A stretch of 47,425 bases of DNA, from positions 1 to 47,425 of IMG/VR virus record IMGVR_UViG_3300043411_000433; one strand, 5' to 3'. The notes below the pieces were generated by a model. It was not told the DNA's origin. It did not search any database and saw only the letters and a program-made list of their open reading frames with translations. The position numbers were made by a program, and so were the translations under genes. Positions 1 to 9,300 of this stretch are shown piece by piece. Source of the DNA: a virus (lineage: Duplodnaviria > Caudoviricetes). How positions within the stretch are numbered: the stretch's first letter is position 1; each line of letters opens with the position of its first letter.

Positions 1-140
1 TTCGAGCGGTGGTAAAGCATCGGACAAGCGAAGATGGCTCGCGCATCTACGCAGAAATCTCGCGGACGCTGGTTGCTGACTAAGGAGGAAACCATGACTG
101 ACTCGCGCCCACTTACTTTCGGAGAAAAGGCTGTTGGCCT
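1..140 (+). repeat. Terminal direct repeat, copy 1 (matches 47286-47425)
   Basis: 140 nt align with the window end, with mismatches only at positions 5, 11 and 14. Confidence 0.95.
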
Positions 141-324
141 GACCTTCAATCCAAGCGGTGATGATCGTGTGCAGCGCCTCAAGGCAATGTACGCGGCCAT
201 CATCGACGAGCTTGTCGCTATGCGAGATGGCAGAAACGAACAGTCTCGTCTTGCCTCTATCGCCATCACAGAAGCGCAGGGTGCGCAGATGTGGGCGGTC
301 AAAGCGGCTACTTGGAAGGACTAA
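94..324 (+). CDS. Acb2/Tad1-like helical-hairpin protein (putative immune-signal sponge), 76 aa
   Basis: SD AAGGAGG precedes ATG 94. The pattern GEKAVGLTFNPSG...RLASIAITEAQGAQMWAVKAATW resembles the Acb2/Tad1 hairpin family (recognised from memory). Confidence 0.55.
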   Translation: MTDSRPLTFGEKAVGLTFNPSGDDRVQRLKAMYAAIIDELVAMRDGRNEQSRLASIAITEAQGAQMWAVKAATWKD

Positions 325-332
325 CACCAACC

Positions 333-360
333 GGGAGGGGCTTCGGTCCCTCCCAATTTT
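333..360 (+). terminator. GC-rich hairpin with cUUCGg tetraloop; weak terminator or stability element
   Basis: GGGAGGGGC-TTCG-GTCCCTCCC followed by AATTTT, just after the stop at 324. Confidence 0.55.
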
Positions 361-371
361 GGAGAGAGCCA

Positions 372-539
372 ATGGAAAACAAAGACATCCTTCAAATCGT
401 AATCACAAAAAATCCTGATGGTAATTACAAGATCATAACCATGAACGCAAAGGAAGTTGTGACTGTTCATATCGCTGATCTTCCTGAGATTATTCAGGAT
501 ATTCTCGATATTGAAATCATGAATCTTGTGGCCCCATGA
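372..539 (+). CDS. Hypothetical protein, 55 aa
   Basis: GGAGAG SD before ATG 372; stop overlaps the next start (ATGA). Confidence 0.65.
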   Translation: MENKDILQIVITKNPDGNYKIITMNAKEVVTVHIADLPEIIQDILDIEIMNLVAP

Positions 540-1636
540 AACCCATAATCCTCCTCGGGGAATTCCGTAGTGAAATCGACGCCCGGCTCAACTCCGACTT
601 CCTCGGCCCGCCCGGCGCAGAACTTATCCGAATGCTTGGCGAGGCCGGCATTATTCGCCTTTCTTGGGCCGATCGTGATTACCTTCATAGCTACTATTCT
701 AAATCCGATCCGTCCGCGCTTAAAGCAATCTGGGGGCTACACCCAGAAGTCCACCGGCTCAACGTGTTTCAAGTCCATCCGCCCAGGAATGATTTGCTTC
801 ACTTTTGCGGGGGCAAGGCCGAAGCATTAGCCGGATTTCCGCCGTTGCTCAAATCCAAATACGTCCGCGCGGAGTTTGAACATGAGCTTGATCGCATCGC
901 CGCTACAATCATGGATATTGACCCTAACCTTATCATCTGCTTTGGTAATACTGGGTTATGGGCGTTGGCTGGTAGGACGGGCATCAGCAAACTCCGTGGC
1001 ACTACTCTTCTTAGTACACATACTGCTGCTGACTTTAAGCTTATCTCCACTTACCATCCTTCTGCCATAATTCGCCAATGGGACAATCGCCCGACCGTAA
1101 TCGCCGACCTGATGAAAGCCGCCCGTGAATCCGCCTACCCCGAAATACGGAGACCGCCCCGTGAAATCTGGATCGAACCAACCCTTGAAGACATACGAAC
1201 TTTCATTGCTGAATTCATCCGACCCGGTTGCCTACTTTCTGTCGATATTGAAACGGCTGGACAGCGAATTACGTGCATTGGATTCGGTCCACGACCAGAC
1301 CTTGCGATCGTTATTCCGTTCGATGACGACCGAAGAAAGACTGGCTGCTATTGGCCAACTCGGCAGGATGAATGTACTTGTTGGAATCTTGTCCGGGAAG
1401 TTCTTGAAGATGGAAGGATTCGCAAGCTCTTCCAAAACGGAGCCTACGACATCGCCTTCTTGCTCCGAGCCTATGGGATAAAGACGGTTGGGGCGGAAGA
1501 AGATACGATGCTACTTAGCCATGCTCTACAGCCGGAGTCGTTGAAAGGCCTAGGCTACCTCGGCTCGATTTATTCCGATGAAGGTAGCTGGAAGGGTATG
1601 AGGAAGAAAGCTGAGACGATTAAGAAGGATAACTGA
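536..1636 (+). CDS. Family-4-like uracil-DNA glycosylase domain fused to the N-terminal part of a PolA 3'-5' exonuclease (split DNA polymerase, subunit 1)
   Basis: UDG-like motifs LLGEFRS..DFLGPPG, NVFQVHPPRN, PNLIICFGN, TYHPSAIIR; then ExoI SVDIETA, ExoII FQNGAYD and EDTMLLSHAL. Confidence 0.85.
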   Translation: MKPIILLGEFRSEIDARLNSDFLGPPGAELIRMLGEAGIIRLSWADRDYLHSYYSKSDPSALKAIWGLHPEVHRLNVFQVHPPRNDLLHFCGGKAEALAGFPPLLKSKYVRAEFEHELDRIAATIMDIDPNLIICFGNTGLWALAGRTGISKLRGTTLLSTHTAADFKLISTYHPSAIIRQWDNRPTVIADLMKAARESAYPEIRRPPREIWIEPTLEDIRTFIAEFIRPGCLLSVDIETAGQRITCIGFGPRPDLAIVIPFDDDRRKTGCYWPTRQDECTCWNLVREVLEDGRIRKLFQNGAYDIAFLLRAYGIKTVGAEEDTMLLSHALQPESLKGLGYLGSIYSDEGSWKGMRKKAETIKKDN

Positions 1637-1637
1637 T

Positions 1638-1928
1638 ATGAAAATCCATGTTGAATTAGATACCCAATGCGCAGAAGAACCGCTTCGGATTGGTAATGTG
1701 TATAATGTCAAAGGCGGGTATGGTTCTCGCGATGGGCGCATGCAAATATGCATTGCAATTACTGAACCAAAACCTTTCGTAGGCCGCTGGGCACTTATGC
1801 TTGTTGTAGATAAGGAAGGCAATCCTGTTAATGTTACTCGATATGGAGTACACGTTTTTGAGGATCGCCAGCCTATTGCATTTGTAGATGGGTTTGAGAA
1901 TCTTGAATTCGTGATGAGGTCACTTTGA
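1638..1928 (+). CDS. Hypothetical protein between the two polymerase genes, 96 aa
   Basis: Open frame with AAGGA SD, coupled to the next gene; visibly more AT-rich than its neighbours. Confidence 0.75.
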   Translation: MKIHVELDTQCAEEPLRIGNVYNVKGGYGSRDGRMQICIAITEPKPFVGRWALMLVVDKEGNPVNVTRYGVHVFEDRQPIAFVDGFENLEFVMRSL

Positions 1929-3424
1929 AAATCATCCGCACTCATGAAGCCGATCCCGAGGCCTACACCCCATTCGAACGGGAGATGATCTACAACGGCC
2001 TCGATGTCTGCGTCACTCGCGACTGTCTCGACGCCATGCTTCCGCAGTTGGACGAACACACGGAGAAGACATATGAATTCTCTAAAGCGCTACAAGGACC
2101 AACTCTGGAGATGCGTATCCGAGGGGTCTTGGTGGACCAAGCGCGCAAGGCCGAAGTCATCGACGAATACTACGCCATCATGGAAACCCTCGAGGCTCAA
2201 CTTGAACGAATCGTCCTCGACGGAGTCGGCCTTCCGTCCTTCAACTGGCGATCCCACCGCGACCTGCATAGACTCTTCTACGATACCTTTGGACTTCCGC
2301 CAGTCCGCAAGGCTGGGCGACCCACAACTGATCGCGGAGCTAGAGAAAAACTCGGCATCTACCCTATCGCTGAGCAGATTATCAAACATATTAACACACT
2401 TACGGAACTTGGAGACAAGATTAGTGTCCTTAAAACTGATCTTGATGGAGACGGACGAATCCGCACGAGTTATAACATTGCTGGCACATCGACTGGGAGA
2501 TTCTCATCCAGCTTTTCGGAATTTGGTACTGGAGGAAACTTACAGAATATTGAGGAGTCTCTCCGAAGCATCTTCATCGCTGACCACGGATATAAATTCG
2601 CTAAATGCGATGCTAAATCCGGAGAGTCCTTCGCAGTCGGCGCAATAGAATGGAATTTGTTTCATGACGGAAGATATCTTGAAGCCTGTGAATCAGGAGA
2701 CCCACATACGGCAGTTGCTCGTATTATGTGGCCTAATTTGCCTTGGATTGGCGATCTTAAACGAGATAAAGACATCGCCGAACAACCGTACTATCGGCAC
2801 TATACTTATCGATTTATGTGTAAAAAATTGGGACATGGCTCTAACTACGGAGGAAAACCTAATACGCTTGCTGAACAAGCTAAGGTAGAACTCGGCGTAG
2901 TCAAAACTTTCCAACCCGCTTACTTCTCAGCCTTCCCTGCGCACCTACTCTGGCAAGACCACGTCGATAACACCCTCCGTAAACAAGGCTATCTCATCTC
3001 CCTACTCGGCCGCAAACGCTGGTTCTTCGGCCGACGCAACGATCCATCGACCCTTCGCGAAGCCATCGCCTACGATCCACAATCATCCCTCGCCGAAATC
3101 GTCAACACCGCTATGCTCAATATCTGGCGCCAAGGCATCGCTATCATCATGATGCATGACCATGACGCGCTCACCTTCATGTACCCGGAGAAAGACGAGG
3201 ACCGAGTTATCCCGTTACTTATGGATGCTCTCGTAATCCCGGTCCCGCTGGCCCATGGCCGGACACTCCGAATCCCATATGACTGCAAAGTAGGCTGGAA
3301 CAAGGGCGAATATGATGCCACCAAAAACCCAAACGGGCTCAAAGACTACCACGGAACCGACGAGCGTAAGCGGCAAAAGGAAGCTGGAATCATGGATCGA
3401 ATCGTTCGTAGAGCAAACCGCTAG
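1925..3424 (+). CDS. polA: Family A DNA polymerase, polymerase domain plus ExoIII helix (split polymerase, subunit 2)
   Basis: TSTGRFSS, GNLQNI, motif A KCDAKSGES, motif B RFMCKKLGHGSNYG, motif C MMHDHDAL, N-terminal YNGLD. TTG start with GAGGT SD. Confidence 0.93.
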   Translation: MKIIRTHEADPEAYTPFEREMIYNGLDVCVTRDCLDAMLPQLDEHTEKTYEFSKALQGPTLEMRIRGVLVDQARKAEVIDEYYAIMETLEAQLERIVLDGVGLPSFNWRSHRDLHRLFYDTFGLPPVRKAGRPTTDRGAREKLGIYPIAEQIIKHINTLTELGDKISVLKTDLDGDGRIRTSYNIAGTSTGRFSSSFSEFGTGGNLQNIEESLRSIFIADHGYKFAKCDAKSGESFAVGAIEWNLFHDGRYLEACESGDPHTAVARIMWPNLPWIGDLKRDKDIAEQPYYRHYTYRFMCKKLGHGSNYGGKPNTLAEQAKVELGVVKTFQPAYFSAFPAHLLWQDHVDNTLRKQGYLISLLGRKRWFFGRRNDPSTLREAIAYDPQSSLAEIVNTAMLNIWRQGIAIIMMHDHDALTFMYPEKDEDRVIPLLMDALVIPVPLAHGRTLRIPYDCKVGWNKGEYDATKNPNGLKDYHGTDERKRQKEAGIMDRIVRRANR

Positions 3425-4565
3425 TCTGCATTCGCCGGCTATCTTCCGCCGCTGGACTGCAATCTCAACAATCGCTGCTGCGCTGGAACAAAAGGTCTGG
3501 CTTAAGACCGGTATGCGGCCGATGTACCCGAATATGTTCGTGTTCCTAGTCGCACATCCGGGTGTGGGTAAGACTCGTACCATGCGTGAGGGAACACATT
3601 ACGTTCGGGACCTGCCAGAGTTTCATCTAGCCCCGATCAGCATGACCTTCGCATCGCTAGTTGATTCCCTCGTCAAAGCCAAGCGTGTCTTGATCCGCCC
3701 CGGCGATGACGCGCTTGAATACAACTCCCTCTACATCGCCGCGGATGAACTCGGCGCGTTCATTCACAAATACGACAACGAAATGATCGACGGCCTCTCA
3801 GCCTTCTACGACCCAGATCCTTATTCCCAAACCCGGCGAACCTCGGACATACGGATCAAAATTGAATCCCCGCAGCTAAACATAATCTGCGGAACCACTC
3901 CTCAGAACCTGACCCAGCTACTTCCAGAGAAAGCATGGGGCCAAGGTTTTACTTCCCGCCTAATCATGGTGTTCTCAGATGAACGAATCATTGGCGATGA
4001 CTTTGCCCCCGTTGAGAAATCCCACTCCGATGACCTCGCTAATGACCTCAACATCATTAACAACCTCATTGGTGAATTTGAAGTCACCGCAGATTACCGC
4101 GATCTTGTTAACAAGTGGCGCTCCCTTGGTGAGTCCCCAGTCCCTAACCACCCTAAACTCATTCATTACGTTACCCGTCGACGTGCTCACCTGTACAAAT
4201 TATCCATGATTGCCGCGATCGACCGGTCTAATGCCTTAATCCTCACCCGCGATGATTTCAACACCGCGATGAAATGGCTACTCGACGCCGAGGACACCAT
4301 GCTAGAAATCTTCAAAGCCGGTGCTACCAACGCAGATGCCCAAGCCATGGAAGAAATCATGCACTTCGTCAAGATCAACGATCGCGGGCACGGTGTTTCC
4401 GAACAAAAAATCACACGCTTCGCCAGCGACCGAATCCCACTTCATTCGATCATGCGAGTCGTAGACATCATGGAAAAGTCTGGGCAGATATACTGCAAGG
4501 GCGAAGATCGTACAACTAAAATCCGATACTTCGCCGCGTTTGCCCCGTCGGGCCCGCCTACTTGA
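3312..4565 (+). CDS. DUF3987/YfjI-like P-loop ATPase, probable replicative helicase
   Basis: Walker A LVAHPGVGKT, Walker B YIAADELG, GFTSRL arginine-finger-like motif; directly after polA with a 113-nt overlap. Exact start uncertain. Confidence 0.75.
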   Translation: MMPPKTQTGSKTTTEPTSVSGKRKLESWIESFVEQTASLHSPAIFRRWTAISTIAAALEQKVWLKTGMRPMYPNMFVFLVAHPGVGKTRTMREGTHYVRDLPEFHLAPISMTFASLVDSLVKAKRVLIRPGDDALEYNSLYIAADELGAFIHKYDNEMIDGLSAFYDPDPYSQTRRTSDIRIKIESPQLNIICGTTPQNLTQLLPEKAWGQGFTSRLIMVFSDERIIGDDFAPVEKSHSDDLANDLNIINNLIGEFEVTADYRDLVNKWRSLGESPVPNHPKLIHYVTRRRAHLYKLSMIAAIDRSNALILTRDDFNTAMKWLLDAEDTMLEIFKAGATNADAQAMEEIMHFVKINDRGHGVSEQKITRFASDRIPLHSIMRVVDIMEKSGQIYCKGEDRTTKIRYFAAFAPSGPPT

Positions 4566-4899
4566 TAAAGTGATTAATTAACCACATAATCCCGCCGCCG
4601 ACAAAACCACCGATCATGCCGATGACTGTAATCATTCCATTCTGCCGATCGCGGGTGGATTCCAGCGAATCAATTCGGGTACTCTGGGCCTTAATATCCG
4701 ACTCAACCCCGACCAATCGACCCTGCGCGTTCCCGATATTAAACGCAACCTCTTTCAGCGTCAGCGCCGCTTCATGTAACTCTCTCGATGTATCGTTCAA
4801 GGCGCCCTTCATCTCCGAAACAGCCTCGCGGAAATAAATCTGCGAGGCTTTTACTTCGGCCATATCTTGCCGGAGTTTTTCCATATCTTCACCTTCCAT
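4558..4899 (-). CDS. Coiled-coil protein with C-terminal membrane helix (lysis cassette; XhlA/holin-accessory-like)
   Basis: Heptad-rich N-terminus, hydrophobic C-terminus MITVIGMIGGFVGGGIMWLI; last gene of the late operon. Confidence 0.7.
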   Translation of the reverse strand: MEGEDMEKLRQDMAEVKASQIYFREAVSEMKGALNDTSRELHEAALTLKEVAFNIGNAQGRLVGVESDIKAQSTRIDSLESTRDRQNGMITVIGMIGGFVGGGIMWLINHFIK

Positions 4900-4924
4900 A
4901 TTTCAATGCCCCGGCAGGTTTGAA

Positions 4925-5239
4925 TTAATTCGCAGCGACAATGCCGCTAATGGTATTGCAGACTGCAACCGAAATTGCGTAGGCCTTGCCAGCATCGTCA
5001 ATCGCGGCCTTGTCAGTACCAATGATCCCGACAATCGACTGAGCCAGTTGCGCGGTAGTGACGGTAACCCCGCACGAGATTGCCCGGGCCAGCTTGCCGA
5101 CATTACCAACCGCAAGCCCGGCCTTAGGCGATGACCAAAGATCAATCGTCGCAGCGACTGTAGGCTTTCCAGTGATCGGGTCAGTCCCGCAGCCAGCGAG
5201 CGACCCAGCCACCAGCGCGATAAACACAATCTTCTTCAT
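4925..5239 (-). CDS. Lipoprotein, possible spanin component
   Basis: MKKIVFIALVAGSLAGC lipobox; lysis cassette position; GGAGG SD. Confidence 0.7.
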   Translation of the reverse strand: MKKIVFIALVAGSLAGCGTDPITGKPTVAATIDLWSSPKAGLAVGNVGKLARAISCGVTVTTAQLAQSIVGIIGTDKAAIDDAGKAYAISVAVCNTISGIVAAN

Positions 5240-5523
5240 ATCACAATACCTCCATTACCTTCTGGCTTTGCGCCAATCCCACCTTCCCCGGTATTATGCG
5301 GGTGCTGTGCCATGTAGATCCCAACGGGAAGAAGCTTCAAAGCTATCCCCGCGCCCGGTACACCTGCGGTTGCCGCCAAGGTCAACTCCGCAGTCACAAC
5401 ATCGATTGCTACAGTTTTCCAGTCGTGGGCTTTGAACGCCGCGATGAAACCGGGGCCATTGTTCTTAACCAACGACACCCCAGCCTGTATCAATGATGTT
5501 GCAAGTGGCGACAGTCCGCTCAC
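5236..5523 (-). CDS. Hydrophobic hypothetical protein in the lysis cassette, 95 aa
   Basis: Coupled to both neighbours by 4-nt overlaps; amphipathic and hydrophobic segments. Confidence 0.65.
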   Translation of the reverse strand: MSGLSPLATSLIQAGVSLVKNNGPGFIAAFKAHDWKTVAIDVVTAELTLAATAGVPGAGIALKLLPVGIYMAQHPHNTGEGGIGAKPEGNGGIVI

Positions 5524-5759
5524 TGAGGGTTTACCTTAGGCGCAGTTGCGTCCTTGCTCACATCAGTTGTGGCCTTGTCACCGATACCAGTGACGTTACC
5601 GTCTTTAGCACCAAGCAAACCAACACCCGCCATGATCTGGGTAATCGCCAACGTGATGGTATTCACATCGAACCCGCCGGTCTGGAGCATATGCCCGATC
5701 AAACCCAGCGCCGAGAGGATCGTAGCAATACCCGCGATAGAAGTTTTCCAGTTAACCAT
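5520..5759 (-). CDS. Putative holin with two TM helices
   Basis: NWKTSIAGIATILSALGLIG and ITLAITQIMAGVGLLGAKD segments; close to the endolysin; AAGGA SD. Confidence 0.65.
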   Translation of the reverse strand: MVNWKTSIAGIATILSALGLIGHMLQTGGFDVNTITLAITQIMAGVGLLGAKDGNVTGIGDKATTDVSKDATAPKVNPQ

Positions 5760-5770
5760 GATGTTTCCTT

Positions 5771-5878
5771 TCAGTTGCAGTTCGGGGAATTAATACACCG
5801 GACTAGATATCCCGCGGCGCACCCGGTTAATGCGACGTAGCCTGTGAACAAGAAAGCAAGCAGAACCAGCGTCCTCAT
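5771..5878 (-). CDS. Tiny lipoprotein, 35 aa (absent from the ORF track)
   Basis: Hand translation MRTLVLLAFLFTGYVALTGCAAGYLVRCINSPNCN*; lipobox LTGC; ATG overlaps the endolysin stop. Confidence 0.6.
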   Translation of the reverse strand: MRTLVLLAFLFTGYVALTGCAAGYLVRCINSPNCN

Positions 5879-6321
5879 GCCGTCACCTTATTATACTGAT
5901 ACAGATCATTCGCTTTCATGATCTGCTTAAGTTTCTTCCCATACGCCGGATCAGTTGCGTAGGTTCCGGTCAGCGCATCAGCGAACTTATCCGGGTCAGG
6001 CAGAACCTTCCGCGCGTTGATGTAATACTTACTCGTCGCCAGCAACTGCCCGTGAAGATCAAACGCCTGCGCCAGCGAATCAAAGTCCGCGAAGTTCTGT
6101 TTGATCCGCACATGCTTACCGCGGAGAACTTCCCAAGTCATCACAGGCCGCGAGGCCATACCGGGAAGAGCTTTGATGCCGAATGGATTATTTTTCCCGC
6201 TCAGACTCCGGCCCCAGTTTGATTCCAATGCCCATTGGGCAATGCTGATGGATGCTGGAATTTTCCATTTAGCCTGTGTCGTCTGCGCACCGCCGACTAC
6301 ATTCTTCGGAATTGCAACCAT
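5875..6321 (-). CDS. Endolysin, glycoside hydrolase family 73 (FlgJ-like glucosaminidase/muramidase)
   Basis: AQWALESNWG, NNPFGIKA and YATDPAY motifs. Confidence 0.9.
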   Translation of the reverse strand: MVAIPKNVVGGAQTTQAKWKIPASISIAQWALESNWGRSLSGKNNPFGIKALPGMASRPVMTWEVLRGKHVRIKQNFADFDSLAQAFDLHGQLLATSKYYINARKVLPDPDKFADALTGTYATDPAYGKKLKQIMKANDLYQYNKVTA

Positions 6322-6322
6322 G

Positions 6323-9300
6323 TTAATGTCCTCTCATGTATTGCTCGAATGATTGCGAATGATTCTGGGTGGTGCCATATCGCAACCCCACCAACCATTG
6401 CCAAGCATTACGCGGATTCTCCTTTCCTACGTTCACATCATGAGCGAACCGGGCGGCTTTACCAACCTGCGCCGGGACCATGCCAGTCAGCGCGCCCATC
6501 AAGGTAGCCCCGTCTTGCAGGAGCTTGCCGCGGTTTTCATTCGACATAACACCGGGCTTGTTGAAGTCCCGCCAGAGATTTGACATGGTTTGGTACGTTG
6601 TCCCGGTCAAACCAAACTGCGGATCGCGGCCGAAACTCAAACCCGCTGCAATGTCACGAACACCGACCCAGCTAGACCCAAGGGTATACATCAACTGCGT
6701 CCCGGCTTTCTTCGCCCAGCTATCATCTTCTTTATGCGGATGCGGGGATACCATGTTCTCCACAATCGCAGGCCAGATCACAAACGCAAACCCAGCGCCG
6801 ATGATATACTTTCCTTGCGCCATCGCCGCAGCCTTGTCACCTTCCTTGACTGCATCAACCGCCCGGCCAGCACGCCACAACGTTTCCATCTGCCGGTTCA
6901 TAATCTCTGACCAGAAGTTGTAGATCGATGTCATCCACGGCGAGAAGTTCCGTTGCATGGCAGTGCGATTGGTTGGCGCAGTTGAACCATGTGCCCGGCG
7001 AACTGATCTGTCAGCTTCAAATACCGCATCACCATGACTAGCCCCGGCATTAAGCTCTTTCTCATACCGCGCAATCCAAGTCGGGACCGCCGAAATCATA
7101 TCCGACAGCGCCACCGGCTTGCTCGACCATTCCATGATCCGCTGCCGCCAAGGCTCAAACTTCTCACCCGGAGTAAGTCCAGCCGTAGCACCATACAGCG
7201 TCTCTTGCCAGTTTCGATCACGACGTTGTAGCTCTAGCGAATTCTTAATTGCGAACTGCCAGTTGGATTCGCCAGTCACATCGTTGATCGAGAACATGCT
7301 CTTGACAGCCTTGGCAAAGTCCACCCCGCCGACTTCCTTGATCGACAACATTGCCGCGGTCGGCCCATGCTTCATAACCGTGCCAGGATTTAGTCCAACC
7401 AGCGTGGTGATCATATTCTGCCGAATGAACTCACTGGCCCGGGTCATGGCCATTTGATTCTTGTCCATGTAGTTCGACGCATTCGCCACGCCGCGGAGAT
7501 ACGGAATCAGCGTTTCACGGTATTCATCGCCGTAGAACTTCCTCACCGCCGAGCGGATATCCTTGTCATAAAACACTTTCGATGCATTCAACACCGCCGG
7601 ACGTAGACCGATGTCATGCAACATCTGGCTGATCCGGCCGGGCATCGCGTCCATGTCCAGAGCTAGCGGCGCAACGTACCCGGTACGAGATTTGGTGTAC
7701 CCGGCTGGCGTTGTCGCGCGAACATAATTCTGCTCTTCCAGCGCATTCGGCCCCATGAGTTTCTTCGAGGCCCCTTCCATTTCCGGGTGGAAGATCACCG
7801 GATAGTACCCGCCTTCGGCAACCTTGTTACCCATCGGGTCCATCACCGGCCGGGTCACAATGCTTTCCGGCGCAACCCCGCCAGTCAACGATCGATACAT
7901 CGTATCTGACTTCTGCTTGATATCCTTAAACGTATCCCAAACCCCCTGCACATATTTCCAATCCGCAGGAGTCGCATGCTCATGAACCCAATCCATAACC
8001 TGATGCGGATCAAGCCCATAGCCCCGGGACATTTTCACGAGATTCCCATCGTTCCCTGTATTTAACATCACCGCGATCAGATTCTTCCGGGTCATAGGGA
8101 TCATTGTCCCAGTATCCTGATCCCGGAATAGTTTATTGTCAACGGTGCGCTCGAGGTTCGGTGGGTTGCCAAGATTCTTAATCTTCTCCGCGTATTCCTT
8201 TTTCCATGCGTCAACTTGGTTCGCGCCGTCGATTAGATCGCGCATGACGAACTGGGTCCAGACGCCTTTGGAGTCAAAGTCATCCCAACGCCCGAGGATG
8301 TTTTCCATTTGTAGATGTTGGACATAATATTGCATCGGGAGCTTGCGAACTGCGCCGCGAGGTTTGGCTTCCCGAGCTTCACCAGCCTTGGACTCCGCGA
8401 TCGCGTTAATCATCTGTTCTTTAATCGCCGCGAAGTCCTCAGCTTCGCCCGCTCGGGTCAGCTTCATTTCATCCCGGCCATTATGCACCAGCGTCTTAAC
8501 CGAATCGTTCACCGCGCGGAACTCATCAACCGAAAGCTCGCTCAAGTCCTTTCGCCAAGCTGAATCAAGTAACTGATCCCAGACCGGGACTTCACGAAGC
8601 TGAGAGGTTTTATTCAGCAGAAACTCCGGCAAACTCTTGCTTTCACTCGCTGCAATGTTCGCTTGCAAGTCCTGAATGCTCCGACGAACCGGCTTCCCCA
8701 CTCGCATGAGTATATCATGAACATAATTCGTGTACTCGGGGTCCATGCTCGAGACTTCACGCTTGGAAAACTGCTTAGCGATTTTGTCAAAACTTGCCTG
8801 TTCTTTCTGGAGCTTTCGGGTTTCCGCTGCGATCAACCCGGTCATATACTTCCGCTGCATGTCAACCAGCGCGCCAGCATTATCGCCAGCGATCAGTTTC
8901 CGCTCAGCATCGCGCCCAAACCGGCCCATCGCAGCCATGGTTCGATCAAGGCTAACCTCGCCAATTTTCATTTTCGAAAACATATCCAACGCAGCAGACT
9001 TCGCCACGTCCTTATCAACCGTAGCAACCCCGGCCTTCATTGCCGCGCCTTGCCATTCTTCCGCGAGGATATTTAGGTTCGTCTCCGATAACGCCTGATC
9101 CATAGCCTCGGCCATGATGTTGTCTTGAAGCTTCCCAAACTGCGCCTCCATGCGCTTGTCGATTTCTTCCTTGATCGTCGCGGCCAGACGTTCCTGCGCA
9201 GTCATATCGGCCTTGTCAGCGCGATATTCCACAAGCTTATCGATCATTGCATCGCCAGAGTGGAAGCCAAACATGTTGGCCACACCATCCACCGGCAATC

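Noticed and set aside
1637-1928. Group I intron or homing endonuclease interrupting polA
   Set aside because: No HNH, LAGLIDADG or GIY-YIG motif, no non-coding space for a ribozyme core, and the downstream half has its own SD and start. RT-PCR would settle it.
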